46,488 nt of DNA, from positions 1 through 46,488 of IMG/VR virus record IMGVR_UViG_3300032373_000024; one strand, 5' to 3'. The stretch comes from a virus. Lineage: Duplodnaviria > Caudoviricetes. The stretch's first letter is position 1, and every line of letters starts with the position of its first letter. Below the pieces are notes generated by a model. It had not been told where the DNA came from, did not search any database, and saw only the letters and a list, made by a program, of their open reading frames with translations. Shown in pieces: positions 9,554 to 19,858 of this stretch. Position numbers and translations under genes: made by a program.

Positions 9554-9961
9554 TTAAACGCCCTCATAATAGAAGTCTACGTTGATTTGCACATTATACC
9601 ATGAACCGTCCTCGTTATTATCCTGGATCAAAGCCTCGTGGCAATTAACCCCGCCGAATCTAAGATTTTGGTATAACGCTGCTATTTCTTCGGCTTCCAA
9701 TAATTGCTCAATAACATTTGAATCAAGCGGATAAAATAAGTCGATAACAAATAAGCCGTCTGAGCGTTTCCAACCACCACCAGCCTGTACGTTGTTAGTA
9801 TCTTGATTGATAACCGTAGCTCTCAACCATTTAGAATTGTTTGGCGTTGTAAAAGACTTATTTGGCAGTTTTACATTGCTTGTACTGTAACCGGTAGGCA
9901 AATTGTCCATTAGCTTTTGGATTAAAACTAGATGAGCATTGGCTGTAGACGGATTAGCCAT
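9554..9961 (-). CDS. Tail terminator / tail completion protein
   Basis: 135 aa; PN..F.P....WLR and G...IDLFYP motifs; synteny. Confidence 0.75.
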   Translation of the reverse strand: MANPSTANAHLVLIQKLMDNLPTGYSTSNVKLPNKSFTTPNNSKWLRATVINQDTNNVQAGGGWKRSDGLFVIDLFYPLDSNVIEQLLEAEEIAALYQNLRFGGVNCHEALIQDNNEDGSWYNVQINVDFYYEGV

Positions 9962-10323
9962 TATCTTTGAGCCAATTTAAGAGCAGTTTCTACAAACTTT
10001 TTAGGTGCTTGCTTGCTGTGACCATTATTTAATGGCACGATGTAAGGTAAATTATTCGACACCCAAAATACTGGATATGGACTGCTTTTAAGTATAGTGC
10101 TTGATGCTAGGTTAATTGTAGCACCGCCGCCCTTGTCATTAACTGCAAGTTTGGATCTCTCTGGTCTATCTTCTGAGGCTTGCCAATTCGCCCTTGCTCG
10201 ACCGGTATCGACAGGCGTAGCTAGCACAACATTTCTGACAAACTTTAAAGCAGTCGTCCTAGTTTCGTTTGTTATTTCAACTGCCATCTCGCCAGCAATC
10301 GATAAATCATCTTTAAAACTCAT
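9961..10323 (-). CDS. HK97 gp10-like neck / tail completion protein
   Basis: TPVDTGRARANW and NNLPYI..LNNGHSKQAP motifs. Confidence 0.85.
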   Translation of the reverse strand: MSFKDDLSIAGEMAVEITNETRTTALKFVRNVVLATPVDTGRARANWQASEDRPERSKLAVNDKGGGATINLASSTILKSSPYPVFWVSNNLPYIVPLNNGHSKQAPKKFVETALKLAQR

Positions 10324-10688
10324 GCGCGCCTCACAGTCAAAAAATAGGCTGCATCGGCTGGATCTTTTTCTACGTTAATAATCTTATGGATAACCCCATC
10401 AAAATTTAGATCAACATTGCCAACATTTGGATCGGTATTCCACACACTCACATTAGTAAATAGCAAAAAATCGCCTATTTCGATCATAGTGTTATCAAAC
10501 ATAGAAAAATCTAAAGTGAGAGGTATTGCAAAGTTATTACCAGCAACTGGATCAAGTGTCCATTCAGGGGGATTACCAAACGGTACATCGACAGCCGTTC
10601 GCATAACGAGCGACTTTTTAAAATCGCTAAAAGTATCATTCATGAACTTGTTTGCTAAAGTAGTGAACTTACTTTTTAAGACAGCCAT
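10320..10688 (-). CDS. Head closure (stopper) protein
   Basis: 122 aa; C-terminal I.NVEKDPADA.Y pattern; synteny. Confidence 0.65.
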   Translation of the reverse strand: MAVLKSKFTTLANKFMNDTFSDFKKSLVMRTAVDVPFGNPPEWTLDPVAGNNFAIPLTLDFSMFDNTMIEIGDFLLFTNVSVWNTDPNVGNVDLNFDGVIHKIINVEKDPADAAYFLTVRRA

Positions 10689-11204
10689 CTAACATCTCAC
10701 AGTGCGCGAGAAATTACCTAATAACCCGCCCACGGTAAAACCCTTTAACCAGTTGTCAGCAAGAGGGATAGAGCGAATTGTTCGTGAACTATTTTCGGTA
10801 TATTCGATCTCTTCTTCAAGCGTTCCAAGTTTAGACATCTCAACCTTTATTTCGCCTTTTAACGATGGCTCTGGTGAAATAGTAGAAACGATTTGAGCGC
10901 TTGCATATTCGCATATCGCGTTTTGTAGTCTTGCAGGAACTTCGTTGCTTTCTATATATCTTAATTCATCATCCCATACATCATAGCGGGGCCAGTCTAA
11001 AGGCTGAGCATCGTCAACTATACACCCTTTCCATCGATTCATTAAATCAACATATTGAGTGACGATAACTAAAGCCGCCTCAATAACTGGATCAGTTTCA
11101 GCGACTGTAACGCCTCTATCTAACCAATAAGCCTTGTAATAAGCCACGGTTGTATAAGAAGTAGCACCAGCCACTATTGTTCCATCTTCAACGAGAAAAG
11201 CCAT
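10689..11204 (-). CDS. Head-tail adaptor (DnaT-like family)
   Basis: VEDGT.VAGA.SY.TV and Q.LDWPR motifs; follows the capsid genes. Confidence 0.8.
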   Translation of the reverse strand: MAFLVEDGTIVAGATSYTTVAYYKAYWLDRGVTVAETDPVIEAALVIVTQYVDLMNRWKGCIVDDAQPLDWPRYDVWDDELRYIESNEVPARLQNAICEYASAQIVSTISPEPSLKGEIKVEMSKLGTLEEEIEYTENSSRTIRSIPLADNWLKGFTVGGLLGNFSRTVRC

Positions 11205-11353
11205 CAGTCAGCCTTTTTGCTCGCTTTCTTTGGCTCTTTCTTTGCGGGTTTTTCTTCATACAATAGATGTTCTTTTTCGTCAAAGTCTGACTTATTGATA
11301 ATGCAATAACCTTGCTTTGTATCCGCTTCAATCTTAACCGTTTCGCATAACAT
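11204..11353 (-). CDS. Small protein after major capsid (49 aa)
   Basis: Manual translation MLCETVKIEADTKQGYCIINKSDFDEKEHLLYEE...; stop overlaps the next start (TGATG). Confidence 0.65.
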   Translation of the reverse strand: MLCETVKIEADTKQGYCIINKSDFDEKEHLLYEEKPAKKEPKKASKKAD

Positions 11354-11365
11354 AAAATATACCTA

Positions 11366-11391
11366 TAATTAAGCGGGTTTTTACGCCCGCC
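11366..11391 (-). terminator. Weak intrinsic terminator/attenuator after capsid gene
   Basis: GCGGG/CCCGC stem followed by TTAATTAT. Confidence 0.5.
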
Positions 11392-11398
11392 ATTAGAA

Positions 11399-12565
11399 TT
11401 AACCTAGATTAGTCACAACGTGCTCAGGCTTGATGCCTTTAACACCCCAAGCCAATGCGACCTCATAACGTACCTTACGCTGACCAGCCCATACAGATAC
11501 CTCAAACGCTAGCCCTGACATTGGATCTTGAATAACCGTAGAATCAATACGTGCATCACCCTCTTCTGGCATTGCAGGGGCGCGAGTCACTAACTGAATA
11601 GCGCCTTTGTCGAATGCGGAGTTGGCAACAAATGCAGCACTACCAGTAACAGCCTCAGTACCAGCCGTTGCGATAAGTAAGCCAGGTGCAGCTATGATCA
11701 CATCGCCAGTAGTTGACGCGCCGATAGTTACATCAGCAGCAATTACATACTTATTAGTATCACCAGCGAAGACAATAAAATCACCTTTCAGAGCGGTTAA
11801 ACTAGATGCCGCTGCGGTAGTGATATTGATAGTAGTTGCACCGATAGCGTTTGCGCCTGTTACTGTTACAGTGCCAACAATTGCATTACCTGTTAAGTTT
11901 GCAGAGTTGCCAGATTCGCGCAAAGACATTCCATTTAAAGGTCTAGCGCCAATCATGCCTTGACGTAACAAACCTTCATCACCAGCTTCGTTAACATTGG
12001 TTAATTGAGTTAACTTGTAAAGCGCTGCACCCGCTGAAGTATCCATAACATATTGCAAGTCGCCCATTGGCGCGCCGTTGTCTTTTAGGATCTTCTTAAC
12101 TTCTGCGATATCGTCCAAAGTTGACGCGAATGGAGTTGTACCAGCTACACCATAAGCCCTTGATGCTGTTCGAGCCGTTTCTAGGGCTGTATCAACTTCG
12201 ACCTCATTAACAAGCGTTCGCATGGCTTGAGCCATCATATTAGCTTGTACGCTAAGATAACCAGCGCCGTTATTAAGTCCGCGCTGCTCTTCTCCTGTGT
12301 AAGCGAATGGCACAGAACGAGACTTAGTAATAGCTACACTTACTGGAGCGATTATCTGATCGGCTGGCTCTGTTAATACCATTGCCGGTGTGATATCTGC
12401 TGCCGCTGCTGTTGGCGCAACGTGAACAGTTATATTTTCGTTTAATGCGGCTTGAGTTCCAGAAAGATCATGTGATACTGCTGGGATGTAGCCTGTTAAT
12501 TCTCTAGACACCTTGTCAAGTGCCGCGTATAAGTCTGGGATCAAACCAGTTAGGGTATTAGCCAT
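11399..12565 (-). CDS. Major capsid protein (P22 coat-like family)
   Basis: MANTLTGLIPDLYAALD.VSREL.G.IPAV and DPMSGLAFEVS.....RKVRYEV.LAWGVK motifs. Confidence 0.9.
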   Translation of the reverse strand: MANTLTGLIPDLYAALDKVSRELTGYIPAVSHDLSGTQAALNENITVHVAPTAAAADITPAMVLTEPADQIIAPVSVAITKSRSVPFAYTGEEQRGLNNGAGYLSVQANMMAQAMRTLVNEVEVDTALETARTASRAYGVAGTTPFASTLDDIAEVKKILKDNGAPMGDLQYVMDTSAGAALYKLTQLTNVNEAGDEGLLRQGMIGARPLNGMSLRESGNSANLTGNAIVGTVTVTGANAIGATTINITTAAASSLTALKGDFIVFAGDTNKYVIAADVTIGASTTGDVIIAAPGLLIATAGTEAVTGSAAFVANSAFDKGAIQLVTRAPAMPEEGDARIDSTVIQDPMSGLAFEVSVWAGQRKVRYEVALAWGVKGIKPEHVVTNLG

Positions 12566-12579
12566 TTTTTGTTACCTCG

Positions 12580-13335
12580 TTAGTCAATGATTTTTACTCC
12601 CGATTTCATGAGGCTGGCTTTTTCATTTGGTGATTTTGATTCAAAAGCTTTTCGAGAGATTGTTTTTCCCTCTACATGCTTTGAACCACCATCACCACCT
12701 AGACCGCCATTACTACCGGGAAATTGTGCAAAGTGTTTCAATACAGGATCACTTTTTAAAACTTCATGTATCCTGTCCATTTCACCATTCACTGCATCAC
12801 CACTGGCGTTCACAAAAAATGATTTTCCGTCCGCATTTCTGATATAGTCATCAACTAGCAACTTGCTAAATGCTGGCGCTATTTCAGGCGGTACGAATGA
12901 GTTAGCTATTTCATTAGCTAAGCTCATTTTGTCTTTCTCTACTAGAGAATTTTGTAATCCTTCATACTTAACTTGTAAATCTTCAAAATTTGTTTCCAAT
13001 GATGAATATTTATCCTGATACTGCTGCATTTCCAGCTTGTGTATTTCAGAATGCTTTCCATCATCTTTTAATTTTGCCATTTTTTCGGCGTATTCGGCAT
13101 CGCGTTCGGCTTTCGCCTTTTCGACTGCCGCTTGTTCATTAGCTGATATTTTGCTTTTGAACTGGTCAAAGTCGGTGGTTAATTTAGTCACCTGCCCTTG
13201 GTGGCGATAAGCGGTTTTTTTGCTTTCTGCCAAATCCTTATGCATCCAAATCTGCTTGCCGTCTTCTTCAAACTCTACTACACTTTCTGCTAGTTCCACT
13301 GGAACATCATCTTTACTTTCAAATTGTAATTGCAT
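12580..13335 (-). CDS. Capsid scaffolding protein
   Basis: Coiled-coil with Gly-rich linker and short C-terminal tail, directly upstream of the capsid gene. Confidence 0.75.
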   Translation of the reverse strand: MQLQFESKDDVPVELAESVVEFEEDGKQIWMHKDLAESKKTAYRHQGQVTKLTTDFDQFKSKISANEQAAVEKAKAERDAEYAEKMAKLKDDGKHSEIHKLEMQQYQDKYSSLETNFEDLQVKYEGLQNSLVEKDKMSLANEIANSFVPPEIAPAFSKLLVDDYIRNADGKSFFVNASGDAVNGEMDRIHEVLKSDPVLKHFAQFPGSNGGLGGDGGSKHVEGKTISRKAFESKSPNEKASLMKSGVKIID

Positions 13336-13412
13336 GTTAGACCCTAACTTTAATTGCTAATTTTTAAACTCACAATAATTATATCAAACTCGCTAAGATT
13401 TAGCTAATATGA

Positions 13413-14867
13413 CTAACTATCACCATTTTCTATTGATTCTCTCAATAATTCTTCCGCTGTGTCGGTTGTTATACCTCCCTCATACAGTTGTCTTAATCCT
13501 TCCTCTCTTGAGTAAATGCTCATGATCACATTATCTCTAATTTCTTTTTGCTCTTGGGTGGTCAATTTAACTTTATCAAATTCAGTGTTAAGCGTTAACG
13601 TGTATTCTGGAATCTCTGCATTGTTCGACATGAATTTATAACACCAATCGAGTAGGCGTTTATATGACTTCTGGATAGATGACTGAATGTTAATTAACGA
13701 GCTTAACTCTTCTGAACTTCTTATCTTGGCAACTCCGACCGCTTCATCTTTAGCGTCTGATGTATCAAACCTTGCGCCTAAAGCCTTAGCCTCTTTTTGA
13801 TTATTCTCTAAGTATTTGAACATAGCATCACTATCAGCATTCCATTGAAGATATTCAATAGTCGCATCTTTAGGTAGCGGCACATGACCGCCTATACAAA
13901 TTTTATCTTGTCCGGTCATTTCTTTGTATTGCTCAAACGCTTGAGTAGTCCATCCAGTAGATGCGACCGTGGGTATCGCGTATCGATGTAAGGACTCATT
14001 TAAGTCAGCACTTACCTGATACCTGGAAAAAGCCTTTAGAGATATTGGATAGATAATACCAAAACCTGTAGGTAGTTCTTGAGTGTCTGATTCTTGATCA
14101 ATGACAAACTCAAAAGGGATTGAATCTAAATTTCCATCGCGATTAGTTGGATAATGTTTTTCTGTTAGGTCATCAGTGCCATCTTTGTTTTTTGATACCA
14201 TTCTTTGGTAATACCCAGTTTCGTCTAAACCTAGTATTAATTGACTTTCTTCACTCTCTTTTTTGTATGTCTCATGATTAACTGATACTTTATTTTGAGA
14301 CAATTTAACATAGGATAATTTTCTATCACCATTGATTACAGAAAAATCCCAGTCTACGATTGACTCTCTAGGATAATGTTTAATCATAGCCATCAAGCCT
14401 AGCTCTTTAGCTCTCAATAATGTTAGGGGCTGTCCGTCATCTTCAAATGGTGTAAAAGTGGCAAGTAATCCATGATATTTAACTTCTAACATGTTTGACT
14501 GGGTTATTTTCATAGACTCAAACAATGACAATCCATCACCATCTGAGTTTTCAAGCATATATTCAATATCTGATGGCATATCCTCAACAACTGGTGGAAC
14601 TGAATTTAAAGCGCCTAGATAACCATTTTCGGTTCGACTAGGGAACGCATCATATTCCGCGCGCTCTTTGTAAGCTTTGTATTTGTTACCAATCTCGTAT
14701 TTGCTGGCAATATTTGAATCATTATCGAAAGGGTTGGGTAAGTATACTGTAGCCCTTTCACCATTCTTGACAGCGTTAGAGCCTTTTATTGAATCACGGA
14801 TTTTTAATATTTCATCGACAGACGAATCATAATCGCTATGTGTGATATCCATAATTGATTCTGTCAT
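13413..14867 (-). CDS. Portal protein (DUF4055-like)
   Basis: 484 aa; YLP.P....Y..YK.RA.Y, DGDG.SL, Y..ESI.DW and Y..SAD motifs. Confidence 0.85.
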   Translation of the reverse strand: MTESIMDITHSDYDSSVDEILKIRDSIKGSNAVKNGERATVYLPNPFDNDSNIASKYEIGNKYKAYKERAEYDAFPSRTENGYLGALNSVPPVVEDMPSDIEYMLENSDGDGLSLFESMKITQSNMLEVKYHGLLATFTPFEDDGQPLTLLRAKELGLMAMIKHYPRESIVDWDFSVINGDRKLSYVKLSQNKVSVNHETYKKESEESQLILGLDETGYYQRMVSKNKDGTDDLTEKHYPTNRDGNLDSIPFEFVIDQESDTQELPTGFGIIYPISLKAFSRYQVSADLNESLHRYAIPTVASTGWTTQAFEQYKEMTGQDKICIGGHVPLPKDATIEYLQWNADSDAMFKYLENNQKEAKALGARFDTSDAKDEAVGVAKIRSSEELSSLINIQSSIQKSYKRLLDWCYKFMSNNAEIPEYTLTLNTEFDKVKLTTQEQKEIRDNVIMSIYSREEGLRQLYEGGITTDTAEELLRESIENGDS

Positions 14868-15907
14868 GTGCCTAAAATCTCTTTTAATGTCATTGGTACA
14901 AAATTCGCATCACTGAACCGGTCAATTGAAAATCCTTTATCTAAAAACAATTCGGCTTTACCTACGCCTAATGTATCCTCTACAAATGAGCGAGGCTGCG
15001 TTTTAAGCCAATCGCCTATCGATAGATTAGCATCGACTTGCTGACCGCCTTCCGCACCTTTGCTTGCTCTTTGACCAGGAAACAATTCCTCGCCTTTTAG
15101 TTTAAACACGTAAACTGAACGCTCATTAAAATGAAATGGTAGTCTAGGATATTTGTTATCCTTGATACCCCATTCTTTTAAATGTCTGGCTATGCAGATA
15201 TCCGACGTTCTGCTGTCAAATGTAGCAAAAAGCACTCTTGAATCTATTATATCACTGTTTGATAGTATTAAGCTATCGCGCGCAACTGAGGAATAATGAG
15301 ACGTTCCGGTTCTAACTAAAGCCTTTGCTTTGTTTATTTGGTTGCTGTTTAGCACTCCACCGACATACTTCTTTGTTGCTCGGTCATATTTTCCTCGCAA
15401 TTGGCTAACTAATTCCTGATTAGTAAAACCGCCTTGCCATCCTAATTTTACTAGCCCATCGACTAACTTGAGCGTATCGTCAACATTTCGTTTTATGAAG
15501 GTTTCCCATAAACCCGCTTGAGTTACGTTTCCGGTGCTTAGCGTTAATATGTTTAACCTTATTGACCTAGCTATGACATCAGCCGCAGGTATTGATAACG
15601 CTGATTCTGCAATTGCTCCGTATATCCTTGACGTGCTTGCCGCTTCACCTATCGCAAACTCAGATAGTTGACCATTAACATCATCCCACATGCTAAACCA
15701 TTTAGCGTTGATCTCAGTTTTAATGAGTGCCGATAGTTGACGCATCTCTCCCATATTCATATCGGTAAAATCATAGTCTGAAATTATTCTAGGGATTGAG
15801 CGGCTAGCTGATTGGAATGACGGCTCTATAATGTCACGGATTAAATGATTAGAAAATCGCTCTCTAAATATAATCCGTCTTTGCTCGGCTGTGATTAGGT
15901 CGGTCAT
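14864..15907 (-). CDS. Minor head morphogenesis protein (SPP1 gp7 / Mu gpF-like)
   Basis: A.ALVRT, ATFDSRTS.IC, P.LPFHFNERS and WLKTQP..F....LG motifs. Confidence 0.85.
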   Translation of the reverse strand: MTDLITAEQRRIIFRERFSNHLIRDIIEPSFQSASRSIPRIISDYDFTDMNMGEMRQLSALIKTEINAKWFSMWDDVNGQLSEFAIGEAASTSRIYGAIAESALSIPAADVIARSIRLNILTLSTGNVTQAGLWETFIKRNVDDTLKLVDGLVKLGWQGGFTNQELVSQLRGKYDRATKKYVGGVLNSNQINKAKALVRTGTSHYSSVARDSLILSNSDIIDSRVLFATFDSRTSDICIARHLKEWGIKDNKYPRLPFHFNERSVYVFKLKGEELFPGQRASKGAEGGQQVDANLSIGDWLKTQPRSFVEDTLGVGKAELFLDKGFSIDRFSDANFVPMTLKEILGT

Positions 15908-17163
15908 AGCATTCTTATTTTTGGCATGATTTGAGGCTTTATTATTGGCATTATGTAAGCTATTGGGTAAGTAGTTGCATCGTTTTGATGGTCAAATCCG
16001 TTCTTTTTATCTGGTGAGCCATTGTCATTATAAACTTGTGCTTCTAGACATTTTACAGTATTAGGGCAATTTTTAACATTTATTTTAACTAGCCCTTTTT
16101 CAAACGCTGCATTGGTTGCGTTTATCCTGTCTTTAACTGCTGGGTTAGCATCATTATATCTACACTCAAAGTCATAAGGCGCGCTTTCCAGAATATTAAT
16201 ATCTGACTCACTAACAGAGCCTTTTGCCGATGTGCTTCTGTTTTTTCCAGAACTGTCGGGATAAATTATCACTTTACAGCCTTTGTCCGAGTACCTTTCT
16301 TTTAATAGAGTGGCTACGCTTTCAGTGTTGTACTCTTCTGATATTTCATCAACAGCATGATAAACTCCTTTTCTATTCACATAGATAGTTGCTGCCATGT
16401 GGTCAATGTTAAAGTCCATGCCAACCGTTAGAGGCTCACCGTTTTTATGTTCTTCAGTTGATGAGCATGACTCTCTATTGAACGCACGGTAAACCGAACC
16501 GCTGGCAAGATTAACAAATCTACCTTTGATATACGCTTGAGCAAGATGTGATGGGTATGTTTCATAGAGCGTGTCAATGTAATCAGGCGGTAAGTATTTT
16601 TCATTCTCATAACTCGAAGCTTGCACCATTGAATAGCTTTTAGTCGGGCTATCTGCAAATTTATCATAAACAAACTTAAAACCTTCTGGCGTTGTTGTGA
16701 CTCCAATACTGTTAACCACACCAGGTAAAACTAATCTCATTCTAGCGGATATTTTATTCCATGCGTTATTGGCTTTATCTTTGTTAAGGGTGTCTAGTTC
16801 GTCAACGAGCGCCCTTGCAATCTTAAATCCGATGATTGAGTTAGGGTTATCCATTGAACGACAAATGATAGTGCCGTAATAATAACCGCCTCTATGCAAT
16901 GATACCTCTTTGTTAGCATATGCAAAGTGAGCAGTAAATCCCATCATGTTTGCAGCTTCTTCTATCGCTGGGTAAAAGGTATCTCTAATTGCTGGATAGG
17001 ATGGTGCAAAATATCCTTGAACTGTGTTGGGATGCGTTCCAGCGAAGGTTAATAAATCAAGGCATCCAACGAAAGTTTTGCCGCTACCAAACCCACCCAC
17101 AAACCCCCTGTACTTAGTCTTAAGATTGTTTATGAATATGTTTTGTGGCGCGCTTATTTCCAA
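15904..17163 (-). CDS. terL: Terminase large subunit
   Basis: Walker A GGFGSGKT, Walker B ALVDE, TTTPEG, nuclease motifs GMDFN and DH.NDA. Confidence 0.95.
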   Translation of the reverse strand: MEISAPQNIFINNLKTKYRGFVGGFGSGKTFVGCLDLLTFAGTHPNTVQGYFAPSYPAIRDTFYPAIEEAANMMGFTAHFAYANKEVSLHRGGYYYGTIICRSMDNPNSIIGFKIARALVDELDTLNKDKANNAWNKISARMRLVLPGVVNSIGVTTTPEGFKFVYDKFADSPTKSYSMVQASSYENEKYLPPDYIDTLYETYPSHLAQAYIKGRFVNLASGSVYRAFNRESCSSTEEHKNGEPLTVGMDFNIDHMAATIYVNRKGVYHAVDEISEEYNTESVATLLKERYSDKGCKVIIYPDSSGKNRSTSAKGSVSESDINILESAPYDFECRYNDANPAVKDRINATNAAFEKGLVKINVKNCPNTVKCLEAQVYNDNGSPDKKNGFDHQNDATTYPIAYIMPIIKPQIMPKIRML

Positions 17164-17631
17164 CTACTCACCTTTGGTAACTACGACTTCTTGCTTTGCG
17201 TCTGCCACTGCGAAAGTTATGTTTAGATCTGGTGCTGCTCTATTTGGGTCATCGTCTTGCGCTTCACTCTTCCAACCCATGTTCTTTAGGGCAAATATTG
17301 AGCCTGTGCAACTTTGATTAGTTAGGTTAGATTCATAATAATCTTCTATGAAAAGCCTTGCTCTTTTAATTGTGTAAGAAAAACCGACTCTGTTTTCATA
17401 GTCATAGAACGACTGTCTAGACTCGAACCCTAGTTGATAAGCTAATCCCGATATTGTTAGATATGGTCGTTCATACGTTCCGCTATCAGTTGTGATTGTC
17501 TTTGTAGGAGGTGATTTTATGTATTTGTCTATTGCTTCTTGTAAGAGTTCTGGCGTTTGAAATAGTGCATGTGCTCTTAGTTTACAATCTTCTTCTATTG
17601 ATGTTTTTGTTTGATCGGACGGTTGCGGCAT
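17164..17631 (-). CDS. terS: Terminase small subunit (DNA-packaging gp3-like)
   Basis: TISGLAY.LGF.SRQSFYDYE and G.IFALKN.GW motifs; abuts terL. Confidence 0.85.
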   Translation of the reverse strand: MPQPSDQTKTSIEEDCKLRAHALFQTPELLQEAIDKYIKSPPTKTITTDSGTYERPYLTISGLAYQLGFESRQSFYDYENRVGFSYTIKRARLFIEDYYESNLTNQSCTGSIFALKNMGWKSEAQDDDPNRAAPDLNITFAVADAKQEVVVTKGE

Positions 17632-17677
17632 TATATGAACCTCATAGTTAGCCTGTCAAAACTTGACTTATACTATG

Positions 17678-17700
17678 ATTGTACCATATCTATAGTTTTT
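17678..17700 (-). promoter_or_regulatory. Putative late promoter (extended -10 TGGTACAAT)
   Basis: AAAAACTATAGATATGGTACAAT; near copy at 24970-24993. Confidence 0.5.
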
Positions 17701-17706
17701 TTCTAT

Positions 17707-18177
17707 TTAATATTTTGGCATTTTTAGTATTGGTGCTGCCCTATGTAAAGGATCTGACTCAGTAAATTTGAAGTTTGCAACATATTTAGTTTTTTGAGAT
17801 GACGAGTCAATTAATTTTTGCATTTCATCTACGATTTTTTTAACTCTATCCCTTAGTGATCCTTTGCCATTTCTAGTATCTAGCAACGCAGAATTCAAAT
17901 ATAGTGCTATTTCATTGAAAGCGTCACGCCTATACTCTTTATCATCACCAAGTTTCCACATTTGGATAATTTCTTGTTGCCTTTCGTATCTCTTTTTCCA
18001 TTCTGATTCATGCTTTCCATTCAGTAAATTTTCGGCAAACTCTATCCTTAAATTTACCTCTTCACTAGCATGAGCCGTTGGCAAATCGAATGCCTCTCTG
18101 GTTGATAGCCTCTCAATCCCTTGTCTTAACCTTTCAATTTCTTGATTAAGATTATCTATTTCTTCTTGAGTGCTCAT
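17707..18177 (-). CDS. Hypothetical coiled-coil protein
   Basis: 156-aa ORF with AAGGA RBS. Confidence 0.6.
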   Translation of the reverse strand: MSTQEEIDNLNQEIERLRQGIERLSTREAFDLPTAHASEEVNLRIEFAENLLNGKHESEWKKRYERQQEIIQMWKLGDDKEYRRDAFNEIALYLNSALLDTRNGKGSLRDRVKKIVDEMQKLIDSSSQKTKYVANFKFTESDPLHRAAPILKMPKY

Positions 18178-18223
18178 TGCTTGTTATCCTTATCGTATAT
18201 TTTAAGTATGTAAACATTGTCAT

Positions 18224-18457
18224 TCATAGCGCCTGACCGAAACCAGTCCTCCCGCCAGCGCCGCGTAATTTATTTTTTAAACAGTCAATTCTTTCTATTT
18301 CCAGCCTTTCAGTTTCAAGCCTAACCCCTTCCTTTATGCCTAAATCGAACGCTTCGGACAGCTTTTTTTTAACTATCTCTGATACCTGCTCACGTTGTAA
18401 ATTTTCAATGAAATCTAACTCACAATCTTCAACTTTTAGCCTTCTTGTTACTTTCAT
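18224..18457 (-). CDS. Hypothetical protein
   Basis: Coupled ORF, 77 aa. Confidence 0.55.
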   Translation of the reverse strand: MKVTRRLKVEDCELDFIENLQREQVSEIVKKKLSEAFDLGIKEGVRLETERLEIERIDCLKNKLRGAGGRTGFGQAL

Positions 18458-18690
18458 AAATCACCTTTCAAGTCATTCGTTAAAAACTGCATTAATTTAT
18501 AATCCGCTACTTTCGATTGATATTGCTTATTACTTAGCTTTGTTACGTGCCATGATTGGCACGACTGGCAAAAATAAGTTTCGTTTAATGTATATTTTCT
18601 ATACTTAACTTTTTTGCTTTTCTTGATTGCTTTCTTAGCAAATCGCTTAGTGCTGAATTTCCTTTTTTTGCATTGTTTGTGGTATGGCAT
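18454..18690 (-). CDS. Small basic Zn-finger-like protein
   Basis: C..K.F...A and Y.C..C..WH.T pattern. Confidence 0.6.
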   Translation of the reverse strand: MPYHKQCKKRKFSTKRFAKKAIKKSKKVKYRKYTLNETYFCQSCQSWHVTKLSNKQYQSKVADYKLMQFLTNDLKGDL

Positions 18691-18706
18691 TGGCTACATC
18701 TTTTAG

Positions 18707-18958
18707 TTATTCGTAATCGTCATCAAGTTCAACTATAGCAATTGGAAACTCTACCAACACAACCGGCGGCTCAGATAATTTATATTCACCACATCCTTCG
18801 CATGGTGGATGCCATTTTAATTTAGCACAAGAGGGGACAGCCTTTCTTGGTAATGGCTTATTATCAAAATGTTGAGGGTAAAAATCATCATATAATTGAG
18901 CTATATTGCGCTTTCCACATCCAGGGCATTCCCATTCGACATCTGTTACCATTCCCAT
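18707..18958 (-). CDS. Zinc-ribbon protein
   Basis: CPGCG...CEGCG. Confidence 0.6.
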   Translation of the reverse strand: MGMVTDVEWECPGCGKRNIAQLYDDFYPQHFDNKPLPRKAVPSCAKLKWHPPCEGCGEYKLSEPPVVLVEFPIAIVELDDDYE

Positions 18959-18979
18959 TTTACTTTCCTTTGGTTGTTG

Positions 18980-19312
18980 TTAAATTCTAACTTTCTGCCT
19001 AACTTCTTTCTGATACTCGTTAGCCACTCTTTTAACTATCTGATTTTTTGGGTTTCCGTGAAGACTTATTTTAATGTCTCCAACGCTTGCCGAGTAATCA
19101 ACGTGCTTGCATTTTTCAATGACTATACCGTTTAATCCAAGCCATTTTATATCGCAATCAATACCCCAGCCGTCTTCAAGCATATCAAGAGTGATGTATG
19201 ATTTAAGATCTTGTATCTTGTCGTCTAGTTCAGATTTTAGCTTTAAAGCCTCCATCATTTTTATTACAGCAGTTTCAACTCTGTTATTTTCAATCATAAT
19301 TTTACCCTTCAT
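18980..19312 (-). CDS. Hypothetical protein
   Basis: 110-aa ORF in the minus-strand block. Confidence 0.55.
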   Translation of the reverse strand: MKGKIMIENNRVETAVIKMMEALKLKSELDDKIQDLKSYITLDMLEDGWGIDCDIKWLGLNGIVIEKCKHVDYSASVGDIKISLHGNPKNQIVKRVANEYQKEVRQKVRI

Positions 19313-19521
19313 TTAACATTTGGTAATTCGTCTAACCGTTTTGACAAAGCCGCTATATTTTCTAGAGCGATATCTGGAGGTAATTGTAGATTTCCACTAA
19401 GTTCATCCAGTATCATTTTTCCTCTATTCATCGTATCTAGACATAAATCCTTTCTATAAAACTTAGCATAGCTTGAGTCTATCCACTTTAGGCGCTTGTT
19501 TCTCTTTACTGGCTTAATCAT
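19309..19521 (-). CDS. Hypothetical protein
   Basis: 70-aa coupled ORF. Confidence 0.5.
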   Translation of the reverse strand: MIKPVKRNKRLKWIDSSYAKFYRKDLCLDTMNRGKMILDELSGNLQLPPDIALENIAALSKRLDELPNVK

Positions 19522-19636
19522 TTTATCCCCAGTATTTTCCTGAACTTTTCGGCAAATTCCTTACCAAGCTCTTTGTCTTGAAATTCTTTGCCGCCTTTGA
19601 TTAGCTGCTCACGATAGTTTAAAGCTATTGATTTTT

Positions 19637-19858
19637 TCATTCCTCGCCTTCCTTTGTTTTTCGCTTAAGATCGTCTTTTTTGTTATCAGAAATACAGCTT
19701 AACTCTGTTTTTATATGATCTTTAGTTTTTCCGTTTCCCGCGTTGTAAGATATTGAGGCTGACATAGCACTTAACAATATTAAAAACCCTAGGATAATTA
19801 GTGACGAGGCAACCGATAAAACGAAAATTTCACCAATCGATAGATTATTTTTAATCAT
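19637..19858 (-). CDS. Small membrane protein
   Basis: One N-terminal hydrophobic helix. Confidence 0.55.
   Translation of the reverse strand: MIKNNLSIGEIFVLSVASSLIILGFLILLSAMSASISYNAGNGKTKDHIKTELSCISDNKKDDLKRKTKEGEE

Noticed and set aside
18955-18971. 17-bp match to 44078-44094 (AAAGGAAAGTAAAATGG on minus)
   Set aside because: It consists of RBS plus start codon in AT-rich sequence, the copies are far apart, and they bracket no cassette.
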